Of a stretch of DNA of 64,000 bases, positions 49,101-60,170 are shown in pieces (position 1 is the stretch's first letter; each line of letters begins with the position of its first letter). The notes below the pieces were generated by a model. It was not told where the DNA came from. It saw only the letters and a list, made by a program, of their open reading frames with translations, and did not search any database. This stretch comes from the human T2T-CHM13v2.0 reference genome, Homo sapiens: the NCBI RefSeq assembly GCF_009914755.1, contig NC_060934.1; one strand, given 5' to 3'. The translations under genes and the position numbers were made by a program.

Positions 49101-50760
49101 GTGTGCACGCTCACGTGCGCGCGAGTGCACAGGAGTATGGTTGCTAGTGCGCGTTCCTGAGAGGGCGAAGGGGCGCGTGGAAAACGAGCTGATCACCATC
49201 CTCCCCTTCCCTGCAGCCCACCGGTTCCCAGGACGACGCTCAAACGTCAGTCCTAGGCCACCCACCTAGGGCACTGAGTTTCAGAGGGAGACTCGGGCCC
49301 CTACCTTGCCTCGAATTCCCTTCTACAGAGCCAGTTCCATCCAGCCAAACGGCCTGGAGCACTCAGCGCCCAGCCGGGGGAACTGGGAGGCCCAACACCC
49401 GGCTGCAGCCGAGCGCATGGCTGGCCTGGTACCGGTGAGAGGCCGCCAGAGAAAGCGCAGGCGGAGCCGGGGGTCACTGAACAGAGACTTTCAGGGTCGC
49501 TGGGGGGCGGCTGGAGACGATGAGGCCACGCGACTGAAGGGATTGGGGGGTGAGGAGTGGTGGTGGGGGCGGACAAAGGGACAACGTGGCGGTGGACGAA
49601 CCAGGGCCAGAGAGGGCCGCTGTGGCTCCCGCTCTTCGGGCCGAAGCACCCACCACGGGTTCGTTATTAACGCGCTGGGAAGTCCGCAATCCGCCCAACT
49701 TTCTTCTCTTTAATGAGCCTAGAAGAGGCTGCCCTGAAGGGGTTTGTTCATTAAAGATGTAGCTGGAGGAATATTGTCTCATTAATTATCTGGTTTTAAT
49801 TACACTCCTACCCTTTGAATCCAGAGATGGGAAAAGTTGATTTGGTGGCGCCGCCCCCTTGAGCTTAAAGGGTCGGCCTGGCTAGGGGACCAGGAGGGGC
49901 TGCATGGGGACTGCTTGCTCCCGGGAGGGTGTGGGCAGGAGTCTGGTGTATATCCGGCCAAGAATCCCTTTGCGACGTGTCTCCATGCCTGGGTGTGTGT
50001 GTATGGACCTCCGTGTGTCTGCGTGTGTGTGACCACGTGCGGCTGAGAGGCCATGTAGACGTGACTTGGGTGTCTATGTGTGCTCCCTGCCTGTGTGTAG
50101 TTCTGTGTCTGGGTGTACATATGGGTAGCTGAGTGTGTCTATAGACAGGCCCGAGCAGGGGTCTAAGTGAACAGCAATGTGACTGGGTAACTGTGTCTGT
50201 GGTGTCTAAGACGGTGGCTTCCTGCCCGTCAGCTCAAGTGACAGTGACATCTCTGGGTCTCTGCATATATCCCCATGTAGATGAATGTTGTGGGGCGGGG
50301 TGGGGGTCCATGGCTGGGGCATCCCAGGAGCTGGACTACTCCAAGGACATGGCTCGGTTTCCAGGGTCCCCAGAGCTGGGACGCCGCCGGGAAACCATGG
50401 TCCTGGAGGGGAGGGAGTTATTTGAGGGGGTGCTTGTCCCTGCCTCGTCCCTTGTCAGGCCCCGCGCGGCGCTAAAGCGGGGGCCGTTTTCCCTTTAAAT
50501 CGCGGACACTTTGACAGGGGACATTAAGGACCCGGCTGCTCAGGCTGAGCAGATCATAAAACCGGACAGGCAATTTCTGCTCCCGCCAAATAGCCGGGCA
50601 AACTCGTTCTGCATCTTTGGTTTTAATGCACTAAACTGGCAGCTAAGCAGGGAGCGAGCAAAAGGGGGGTGGGAAGCCCCCCCCCCCCACATACACGGGC
50701 GCACACACCGGCACAGGCGCAAACACTCCTTCACACCTTTGGACCCCACACCCCGCCCCG
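46150..50760. promoter_or_regulatory. Orphan CpG-island cluster 8-12 kb downstream of LBX1
   Basis: CpG-rich blocks at 46200-47800, 48100-49700 and 50380-50760, interleaved with AT-rich TAAT blocks. Confidence 0.7.
46237..46251 (+). promoter_or_regulatory. CTCF motif
   Basis: CCGCTAGGTGGCGCT closely matches the CTCF core CCRSYAGRKGGCRS. Confidence 0.7.
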
Positions 50761-50769
50761 GCCCTCCAA

Positions 50770-51120
50770 CACCAGAGGAATTATCAACTAGAATTTGATT
50801 AATATGCAAATCGCAGGCAAACAGCTCCATATAATTCTTTCAGTGGAGAGTAATTAATCACCAGTTAAAGCAAATTAATACATATATCAATTTTGTCAGA
50901 AACATGCTTAGTTCAATCGCCCGTAAAATTGAAGTTTGAAGTATTAAGAGGCTCTGCAGAAACGCCAGGACTAAAACTTTCAAATTGATCCTATTTAGTA
51001 ATCAATCAGGCTCTCCCCTCAGGTTAATCTGCCTAATTTTTCATCTCAAATCATACACTTTACTGACACGCCATCTAGCAAACAGTCGATAAAAAGTTAA
51101 CAAAAATGATAACGACTCCA
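50770..51120. promoter_or_regulatory. Enhancer-like AT-rich block with homeodomain and octamer motifs
   Basis: GATTAATATGCAAAT (octamer ATGCAAAT at 50804-50811 abutting TAAT), GTAATTAATC, AAATTAAT, GTAATCAATC, GTTAATC and CTAATT within 350 bp of an otherwise GC-rich region. Confidence 0.7.
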
Positions 51121-54100
51121 GCCAGAGCCATTGTGCAGGGCGGGTGGGCGGCCGCGGCTTTGATTGCATTTCGGGGTGGTTGGGGACTTGGTTTTTCACT
51201 GGGGCACCAGTTTGGAGGTTCCCCAGACAGTGGAAGCCTCCCTTTCCCACCAACTCTTGTCTGCTACTGGCTGCCCTCTCTGCAAATGGACTCTTCTCAG
51301 AACATCAGAACACGAGCAGCATTTCCACTGAAGTCACCTAAACCAGCTAGCCCCTGCCCTACTCCCATGTTTGCATAAACTGTCTGGAAGCCGGTGCCCT
51401 GTGTGCTTGTGGCAACTGTGAGCTGTGACTCTGTCACTTGCCTGTATTGTATGTATAAAGTGGGGATGGTGTATATGTTTAACAGCCAAGGTTTATCTGC
51501 TTAATTCTTATGTATGCTACTAGCTGCCCATATTTGGGCAGGTTTGCTGTGTCTTATGTGACTGCACTGTGTTTTCCAGGCATCCTGTGTGTCTGTGGGT
51601 CACTGTGGGTGTGTATCGGGTTTCTGCAGTGTTGGTCTGTGTAACTGAGTGCCTGCCTTGTGTGTGTTTGGTTTGTTTCTGAGGTGTGCCTGTGTTGGGT
51701 GTGGGCCTGTGGGCCTGTCTGGGCTTACCCTTCATTTCCATGTGGACATGCAGTCCCAGGGAGACCTCAGGCAGATGGATCAATAGGCCCCATTATAGAC
51801 ATCAGGAGAGAGGAGACAGTCCCTATAGAGACCCAGACACTTCACCTTGAACAGCCTCTGGGAGATGGAAGGGGTCACCTCTTCCCTACCTTGGTCCGTA
51901 TCCCAGCTCTGGGTTGGCAGAGGTGTGTGAGAAAGGGGAGAAGAAGGCTCTCATTTCTTGTTGGAGGAGGCTCCCAACTTGGATCTCCCTTTCTGAAGAG
52001 CCTTGGGCCCCTGAATTTGGGAAGGGTTGGGGTACAGACACTCAGGGATGCCTCCATCCCATGTGCTCAGATGTCACGTCCACACTCAGATCCATTGGTT
52101 ACATGGATACCCTCAGGTAACTAAGCTCCCTTCCCCACTTCATCCACCCCCATTCACAGACAAATAGCTACATCCAGCTCTCCATGGGGAAGCGTGAACA
52201 TGCCCACATGCACACACCAATGCACAGCAATCCTTGCACACACTTGCACACATACAAACCAGATTCCAAAGTGGGCAGGACTCATTCACTCCCAACTCTG
52301 CTTGCAGCCATGCGCATATTGCCATTTGTACCCTCCCCACTTTGGGCAGGGCTGAGCCCCCACGGGGAGGAGGAACTTCCTTTGACTGAGCTGGGGGAAG
52401 CTAGGCCTTCAAGCGCTACCTGGAACTGGAGCAGCCAAGGGCAGGTCTACAGGTCACTCCAAAGACAAAGGTTCAGCCCGGTGACCAGCTTGAATGGGAG
52501 AAGGCAGGCAGGGCAGCCTGGCCATCACCCAACTGCACAACAGAGGATGCCCCTACCCCCGCAACCTGTTTTCAAAGAAGCAGAGTCCATGCCTATATAG
52601 TGCCTATTCGACGGCCTCAGCTGCCCTCAGAATAAACTTCAACCCAGGCTGAAAGTTCTCCATCCCATCTTCTACTTAGTCCTCTCCTGAGTCCTCTTCC
52701 TGTCAGGCCATGTGGTCCCTGCCCCCAGCATTGTAAATGTAAATTTCAGTAGCCAGCTTGGCTAAAATGTTTGGAGCTAGGATTCTGGTTGTCTGCCTGT
52801 AGCTTCAATTCCACATCAATATTCATTCTCCCAGCTATCTGCTCACACCAGCTCCCTGCACACCTCACACACCCTGGGCATCGTTTACCTGCTGGTTACA
52901 CCCACTCAGTGACAGCTTTACTCTTTTCCTCTCCATTGAGCAAATTTAGTCACACCTAGCTGCACACACACTAGTTTGCAACAATCAGTTGCAGGAACGC
53001 AGCATCACACACCCAGTCCCACGCTCCGTTTCCATCAATCAGCCGCACATGCTCAGTTTCTCAGTTGCACATACTTGATGACACACTCAGGAACATGCCC
53101 TTGCTAGTCCCCATGCAGCCTGCCACACACACACCCACAGCCCCAAATCTCTCCCAGAACTGGCAGCTGTTAGGAGAAGACGGGGTGATTTGCAGATGGC
53201 AGTCCTGGACTTGGAAGTGCAGATGTGGGGCCCCAGGAACACTCAAGGTGGGAATGCTCCTCCCTCCAGGGTGCTGGTCCCCAGGAACCCCCACCTTCCT
53301 TTGCCCCAGTCCCAGGAGCCTGTTCTCTAGGAGATGTGGCCTGTGGACACACCCGGGAGTCAGATTCTAGGCTCTCCAAGACCTGTCAGTGTCTGCCAGG
53401 GACCTCCACTCCGCACATGTACAGTCCAGGGATGCAGCCAGTTCCCACACACCCCTTTGCACACCTACAGCCTAACCACCACTACCCAGCACAACCAGTT
53501 CTACTCCCCTCCATTCCCACCCACTTCAAAGCCACATGTACTTCACTTTACAACAGCAGCCTCCTACTCGCTGACCCCTGTGACTCCAGCCCATTCAGAT
53601 TCTCTGTCCCTTCTTCCACATGCTTTGTAGCCCCTGACCTTACTAACCTGCCCCCTTATCTGGCTGCCCTCTCTATATCCCCGGGCTTTCTGTGGTGCCC
53701 TCTCAGATGCATGTGTTTGGGGAGCATATGTATTGTCCCCACAAATCACTTTCTGCGCTCCAAGAGGGGCTAGTTGTTGCCGGTGGGAAGCCAAGCCCAG
53801 GTGCCTCCGGGTTCAGGTGACTGGAAAAGCCAGGGCAGGGTGAGTGGACTTCCCCGGACTTGGCGGCTCAGAGGGATGGAGAGGTGGGGGGGGGGGTCCC
53901 CGCGGCGACGGGAAGGGGCGGAGGGTAGGCGCGCGGCCCCAGCTCGTCCCTTTCAGGGGGGACTCATGCATCAAACTTCAATTTTCCGGACGATTGAATT
54001 AGTGATTTTTTTTCTCCTGAACTAAAATACACTTAAGTCTTTGGGATTAATTACCACGTTCTGGTCCCTCAGACTGGAGTATTACTTATCGGAGCTGCGT

Positions 54101-54959
54101 CTGACACCGGCCCGACACCTCGTAAAATAGGGAACTGCGCCTCTCTGCCTCACCCCGCGCCGCTCGCCAGGCCACCAAGCCGGGAAAGGCGGAGCGAGGG
54201 GAAGCCGAACAAGCGGGATCGGCCGTCCGCGCGCGGAGGGGTTCCTAGACTGGAGAGCAGAAACTACCCGCGTCCCGGGACTTGGCAAGCCCCGTCGAGC
54301 CCCGGGACACAACGGGGAAGGGAGAGACAAAGCCGAGCCGCCTCTCCTGGCCAGCCCGGAACCGAAAGTGGGTCCGTAGAGAGCCCAGAGTCCTGGGGGA
54401 ACAGATGGGCAAAGGGCTCTAGGAGGTGATGGAACTCAGGCCCGAAGGGCAGGCAGCCCACAGGATACCAAGCCTTAACGAACTACGCCAGAAGAATGGG
54501 CGTAGGGCCCACAGCCCCTCACACAACCCAGGCCAAGCTCCCTCGTACACTCAGACCAGGAGAAGAAACAGACACGCAATACACAAGCCCCGCTCCCTTG
54601 GAGCCTACACTTGGGCGAACACACCACTGCTGTTTGCAGTATCCCGAGACAGGCCCGGCAGGCGTGAGCTAAGAGGCCTCGGGCCCGAACTTGGGATTTG
54701 AGGCTCTCTCACATCGCCGGTCCCAGCGGCAGCGCCTGAGGCACAGCCAAGACCATCCGAGGTCCCCGGGCCGCGCGCAGGTAGCAGACTTCTTCAGAAC
54801 TGGGGGAGCTAAAGAGAGAGTGGGCTTAGAGCCCAGGCCTCCCTGGATCCCAGATCCTCGCCTCCGCCTACAGCCAAGCCCCTCAGCTTTTGCCCAGAGC
54901 TGCTGACTTCCTCGCCGCCTCCCTGCGCAATGGGACCTAGAGATAAGCCCCAAGCCCGG

Positions 54960-55013
54960 GTGCTAGTCCAGGCAGAGTCGGGTGCTAGTCCAGGCAGAGT
55001 CCAGTGCTAGTCC
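54960..55013. repeat. 22-bp tandem repeat, about 2.5 copies
   Basis: GTGCTAGTCCAGGCAGAGTC(GG/CA) repeated. Confidence 0.9.
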
Positions 55014-55429
55014 GCGGCCTCAACAGAGCTGTCGGCTGGGCTCCGGAAGCCCACCCGGAACCTGATGGAGGCAGCGAATTCCTCAGAGCAGAGGACACTG
55101 CGGAGAGGCTCGAATCCACTTCCCACATTGTGCGGGACCGAGCGCGCAGGGCGCTCTCGCGTGGCCTCCTTAGCTCGGGTTCAGCCGAGGCTCTCACGTA
55201 CACTTCGTTACCCCTTCCCCCCGCCGCAGCTCTGGTCCTTCCTTCCACTGGCTCTCTTCTCTGGCCTATGGAAACAACGAACTACTTTTCGCCTTTCAAG
55301 GCCCGGGTCCCAAGCCACCTCCTCTGTGAAGCCGCCAACACCCTGGTAGCTGCCTCTCAGTGTTTTGCAACTGGCACGGCCCTGTCCCTCGGTCCGCTTC
55401 TACTAGCGCTGGGGGTGCTGCGAGTCTTG

Positions 55430-55550
55430 CCCACTAGACTAGGAGCTCCTTGAGGGCAGGAACCGAATCTGATTCGTTTCCATTTTCCCAGCCCCCCTGC
55501 GCGGCCTGGCGCAGAAAAGACGCGCAATAAACATTTGCTGAATTGAATTG
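55430..55550 (+). mobile_element. L2 3'-end remnant
   Basis: CCACTAGACT...AGCTCCTTGAGGGCAGG...CCTGGC...CAATAAACATTTGCTGAATTGAATTG. Confidence 0.65.
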
Positions 55551-56404
55551 CGTTTTCTCCTTATTTTATTAATCCTTCCCCTTCCTTCTTTCATTCTTTC
55601 TTTTCCTCCTTCCTTCCTCCCTCGTTATTTTTTATTTCTTGGTTATATTCAATTGTCATGTTTTTCAGGCTCATTAAATCCATTTAGAGACAAAAGAATA
55701 AAAGGCAGAAGGGGAAGGGCGGGGGAGGAGAGAGGGGGAAGGGAGGGGAGGGGGCAGGCCGGAGAAGCAAACAAATAACCCGCTTTAACTAGACGGGCGG
55801 ATAAATGGCCCCGTTTCTCCTCAGCCCCGACGCGCCTGCTTAGCTGCGCGCCCCGCGGGCGCCGCAGCTCGGGTGGGCTCAGCCCTGGGGCCGCCGCCCC
55901 CAGCCCAAAGGGACCCAGCGGGGCCAGGCCCAGGGCCGCGAAGCAGAGAGCGGCCGGAGGTGCCAGGGCCGCTTCATTGGGATTCATGAGCGTGTTGGGC
56001 GGGCGGCCTGGGGCTTCGGGCGCGGGGCGGGGGCCGAGTGGGGGGGTGCGCACGGCGGGCGCAGATGCCCGGGTGACCGACCCGCCGTGGTCCCTGCGCC
56101 GCCTTTGTGCCGAGGAGGCGCGCGCGGGGACCTAATCCATCAAATTGTCTACAAATTGTGAAGAAAATTCAAAAACCATATGGTCGCCAGCGCCGGCGCG
56201 CTCTGGGCTGCGGAGGGCCGCGGCCGTGCCCGCACCGGGAGCCGCGGGGGGCTGGGCCCGGCTATTGTCGCCTGTCAGCGGCCGCCCAGGCCCATTCGTC
56301 CCGGCCTTCATGGTCCGCGCTCCGAATTACAGACCCATCCATCCTAAGAGAGGGCAATTTTTGTCGCCCGGGAGGAACCAGCCGCACGCCTGCCCCGCTG
56401 CCCT

Positions 56405-56630
56405 GCCGTCTCCTTCCTTCTCTGCTCCTTCTCTCTCTTCTCCTCTCTTCCCATTCTTTTTTTCTCCCTCTGTCTCTGTCTCCCTTTCTCCGTTTCTCTG
56501 TTTCTCTCTCTTTTTCCTCTTTTTCTCCGTCCTGTCTCTGTGGCTCTCCGCTTTCTCTCTCTGCTTTTGGAGTGTCTTTCTGTGCTCCTATTTTTTTTTC
56601 CTGTTTCTCTCTGTCTCTTCGTTTCCTCCT
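56405..56630. repeat. Pyrimidine-rich low-complexity tract
   Basis: Mostly C/T on the plus strand. Confidence 0.85.
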
Positions 56631-57570
56631 GGACACGCACGTTCCTGGCTCGGGCCCGGGGGCCCCATCGCCGCCCGAGACCAGATGCGCATTTCTCACA
56701 TCAATTTTGCGGAGAAAGAGAGCCCAGCGGCCCGGAGGCGGGACCCCACTCCGGTGACAGCGGCTACTCGCCAGCCCAGCGACAACAAAAGCCCGGAGAG
56801 AAACCCGCTCTGTCCAGGAAAGTGAAAGCGGCCTCAGCCCCCGCCCCAGCCGGCCTTGGGGCGCCGCAGACCCGAGAGAGTCCTTGCAAGATCCATACCT
56901 CTGCCCCCAGCGGTGTGCCGGGGTGTGGAGGCAGAATTGGTTAATGTTGCCAGAAATTCACACCAGCTCCCAGACGCTTGGGCTTACAGTTCCAGGTGCC
57001 CACATTGAAATTCAGCCTGGCCTTGATGCCTTTAGCCTTTGGCCCCCGACTCCCCAAGGATGAGGCCCTCGGGGCTAGAATCGAAACTTGGGAACCCAAG
57101 GCTCCACCCCGCGTCTGACTGAGTGATACCTGCAGCGCTCCCGGGGCTCAGCCCTGTTTTCGGGGAGTGCAGGGAGAATGCCCTTGGGTCTGGGGTGGGA
57201 TGCAGGAAATGCAGGGCAAGACCCCCTCCCACCCTTTGTTCAACACAAATTAATGTTGTACTGTGGTGTGCCCCCACATACACAGGCATTTTCTCCCAGC
57301 ATTTCACGGCTCGTTTTTTACCCCGACCTGGCGAAGCCCGCTTCTCTCCCGATTTAGCAGCTGCCTCAGGTTTATGGGCAAGAGGCGCCTCCTCCTGCTG
57401 CTTCCCCCTCGCCCTTCACTCTTAAGCCTGTCCTGAAAATCCCCCCCAAATCTCCAAGGCTAGGGCGACCGGCACGAAGAGCGGCAAGAAGCCCAGCCTG
57501 CCGCTGCTTCTCGGAAACGGGCCCACCACTCAGACACGGTCGCCGCCGGTTCTAGTAAAATGGCAAAGAC

Positions 57571-57580
57571 TTTATTTATT
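57571..57580 (-). terminator. LBX1: Distal polyadenylation signal of LBX1 (overlapping AATAAA x2)
   Basis: Plus-strand TTTATTTATT = minus-strand AATAAATAAA, about 1.05 kb after the stop codon. Confidence 0.65.
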
Positions 57581-58450
57581 GGAGAAAGAGGCCTTGGGTA
57601 CAGTCTAGGGAGGAGAGGGGAAGGGAGGAGCAGGGAAGGGGCACTCGCAGCCCACTCACATCCAGCCACCCTCCTCTGGCCAAGTCGGGTAGGAGTGGGG
57701 TGTTCGAAGTGGCAAGAGAGACCCAGAGCTGTGGAGGAGGTGAGGTGAGGGCTTGGGTCGGCCTCCTCTCTGTCTCTGTCACATGCAAAAAAATTCTAAA
57801 AAGAGTACAAAATAATTATAGGGCTTTGGGTTCTGTTTTCGATAGTTGGTTGGTTGGATTTCCCCCTGCATTGTCCCTAAGAGCCGGACTCCAACAGTCA
57901 GTCCGAGGAAATGCGGGAGGGAGGGAGGAATCTTAAAAACAGCATTAGTGGGCATTAGGAGGCAGAAATGGCATCGAAAACAGACTTTTCTCTCAGAGGG
58001 TGGGGAGGAAAGATCGATTTTGAAACTTGCAAGTCAGGACCTGACTGCCCACCTCTTCCCCTCCCACATGAGGAAAAAAGGCCCGAGGAAATAGAAGTCA
58101 ACTGCAATAAGGCCGAGGGAGGCGAGGAAGGAGCGGGCCGGTGCATTCGCCACATGCAGAGAAAAATCAAAACAGCCGGAGCTGCCACTCCCCTAGACCG
58201 CAGGGTTAGTGTTCCCCGCCCTGGTTTCTGTCTCGCCCTCAGCAAACCCGGCAGCCCGAGAGCTTTGAAAACATCGAAATCTCCGAGATTTAAAAAATAA
58301 TAATAAAAGAAAGGAAAAATCAGGCTGCGGTGGGAAGAACCCGCTATATAGGTTTAAATATTTATATAGAAGCCATACAGAATTGCACGGCGAGGGCTTC
58401 CGGGGCGGCGGAGGCCGCTGGTGGCGGCCGGCCCGGCCGGCCAGCCTGGG

Positions 58451-58456
58451 TTTATT
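58451..58456 (-). terminator. LBX1: Candidate proximal polyadenylation signal of LBX1
   Basis: Minus-strand AATAAA about 170 nt after the stop; the immediate downstream context is GC-rich. Confidence 0.35.
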
Positions 58457-58624
58457 GCTTCGAGAGGGAAGAGGCGGCTGCCAGGAGCCGAGTCCGGGGC
58501 CGGGGACAGGGGAGGAGGCGGGAGTTGGCAGAGGAGGTCCCAGCTCCCCTCGGCGGTCCGGTCCGGGAGGCGTTGGGCTTTCGAGCGCTAGGAGCCCAGG
58601 GCGGCGGAAGACCCGGGGCGCCGC

Positions 58625-59145
58625 TCAATCGTCCACGTCGATCTCTTCGTCTTCCTCGTCCTCCGAGCAGTCCTGGCTGCTGGCCGGCTGGTCCGTGAGC
58701 GGAGAGGCAGGCGAGAGCTGCAGGGCGCCAGCGCCCGGGGCCTTCGGGGCGCCTGGGGGGAGGACCGGAGAGCCGGGCCTCGACTTGGCCCTGCCGCAGC
58801 CGCCGCCACCGCCGGCTGTGGCCTCCGAGTTCTGCTCGAGTTCGGCCAGCGCCACGATGTCCATCTGCCCGCTGGGGCCCAGTTTCTTGGCGGACTCTAC
58901 GTCGGCCTTCATCTCCTCCAGGTCCCGCTTGAGCTTAGCGCGCCGATTCTGGAACCAGGTGATGACTTGCGCGTTGGTGAGGCCCAGCTGCTGCGCGATT
59001 TGGTCGCGATCGGCGGGGGACAGGTACTTCTGGTATAGAAAGCGCTTTTCCAATTCATAGATCTGGTGGTTGGTGAAGGCCGTGCGCGACTTTCGCCGCT
59101 TCTTAGGGGTCTGCCGCTGCCCAAAGATGGTCATACCGTCGCGGC
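58625..59145 (-). CDS. LBX1: Ladybird homeobox 1, coding exon 2 (521 nt; homeodomain and acidic C-terminus)
   Basis: Acceptor CCTTTCCTCCCAG|GC at 59146/59145. Splicing gives ...AAEGRDGMTIFGQ...; homeodomain RRKSRTAFTNHQIYELEKRF...QVITWFQNRRAKLKR with the ladybird-type Thr before WFQNRR; ends EEIDVDD-TGA. 325+521=846 nt = 281 aa + stop. Confidence 0.98.
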
Positions 59146-59845
59146 CTGGGAGGAAAGGACAGTGTAGGCTCGCGTTGGGAGAGAGGAAGCCCACCCTGGC
59201 TCTCGCCCCCGTAACTCCGTAACCCACCCAGGCCTGTCCGGCCTGCAGTCTACCAATGTTCCCTTCTCAGATTTAATTCAGCCTCCAGGACCAGGGCAAG
59301 TCTTGGCTATGGCAAACCATCTCCTGTCTTTGGTCTCCCAGAAGTCCCTAGGAAAAATTGTTTTGGTCTCTGCCCCCTACCTAAGAGTTGGTTTGAAAGA
59401 CCCAAAGTCTCTAAGGGTATGAGAAAGCCAGACAGAGACACCCTAATTGCGGTGTGAATGTTGGTTCTCCATCCCTTCCCAATCACTTCAACTCTACCCT
59501 ACCCATAAGGTCCCCGGCAAAAGACTCTCGATTCCCCACGCCGAGTAGCCGGGCTAAGAGCGCCCAGGACACTGGGAACGCAAGGGAGCCCGGCAAAGCA
59601 AGCAGACTGCGGAAAGAGCTTGGCCACCCTTCTCCTGCCACCCCCCAGCTCTGGCCTACCCAGAGGTCCCTGGGAAATAAGGATTGGGTCCCGTCCCACA
59701 TATCTTCACTCCCATAAGCAGCTGCTCAGGCTGGAAGGCCCTGGCGGCCGGAGAGGGCAGAGGCGAGCAGAGGCATAGGGGACGAAGCGCGCAGGGCACA
59801 GGGCGCGAGGCGCTGGGTGCAGGGGAACCCAGCAGCTGCGCCTAC
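59146..59845 (-). other. LBX1: LBX1 intron (700 bp, GT-AG, phase 1)
   Basis: Canonical donor and acceptor that restore the reading frame between the two exons. Confidence 0.95.
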
Positions 59846-60170
59846 CTTCGGCTGCCTGCAGAACGCTGACCTCCAGCCCCTTAAACGTCTTGCTGGCGAG
59901 CTCCTCCAGCGCGCACAGCGGCGAGGTCTGCGAGAGCAGCGCGCGGCCCGCCAGGGGCAAGCCGCCCTGCGCGTGCTTGTCCGCGGCGGCCAGCAGGTGC
60001 GCCGCCCCGCACAGCGAGTAACTTCTCCGCACAGACGGCTTGTTGAGGATGTCCTCGATGCTGAACGGCGTCAGTGGCTTGTTGGAGTTGGCAGGCGGAG
60101 GCAGGTGGTCCAGCGGGCTGCGCCGCCGCTCCTCCCCCGGCGCCGCCTTGCCGTCCTCCTTGGAAGTCAT
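59846..60170 (-). CDS. LBX1: Ladybird homeobox 1, coding exon 1 (325 nt; aa 1-108 plus 1 nt)
   Basis: ATG at 60170 reads MTSKEDGKAAPGEERRRSPLDHLPPPANSNKPLTPFSIEDILNKP...; eh1 Groucho-binding motif FSIEDIL at 60045-60065; exon ends GAAG|GTAGG (GT donor at 59845-59844). Confidence 0.98.

Larger units (their letters stand above)
53880..56930. promoter_or_regulatory. CpG island downstream of LBX1
   Basis: High CpG density (e.g. 54100-54360, 54650-55220, 55800-56400); no credible ORF. Confidence 0.75.

Noticed and set aside
50664-50688. G-run/AAG/C12 hairpin near the enhancer block
   Set aside because: Homopolymer complementarity arises easily in GC-rich DNA; no further support.
51063-51082. Partial CTCF-like motif on the minus strand (TTGCTAGATGGCGT)
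   Set aside because: It lacks the conserved 5' CC; weak match.
56107-56944. 216- and 226-aa ORFs with hydrophobic Phe/Leu/Ser stretches
   Set aside because: Produced by the pyrimidine-rich low-complexity tract, not a membrane protein.
59146-59227. N-terminal part of the 200-aa ORF 58625-59227
   Set aside because: It is intronic; the true exon starts at the AG acceptor at 59146/59145.
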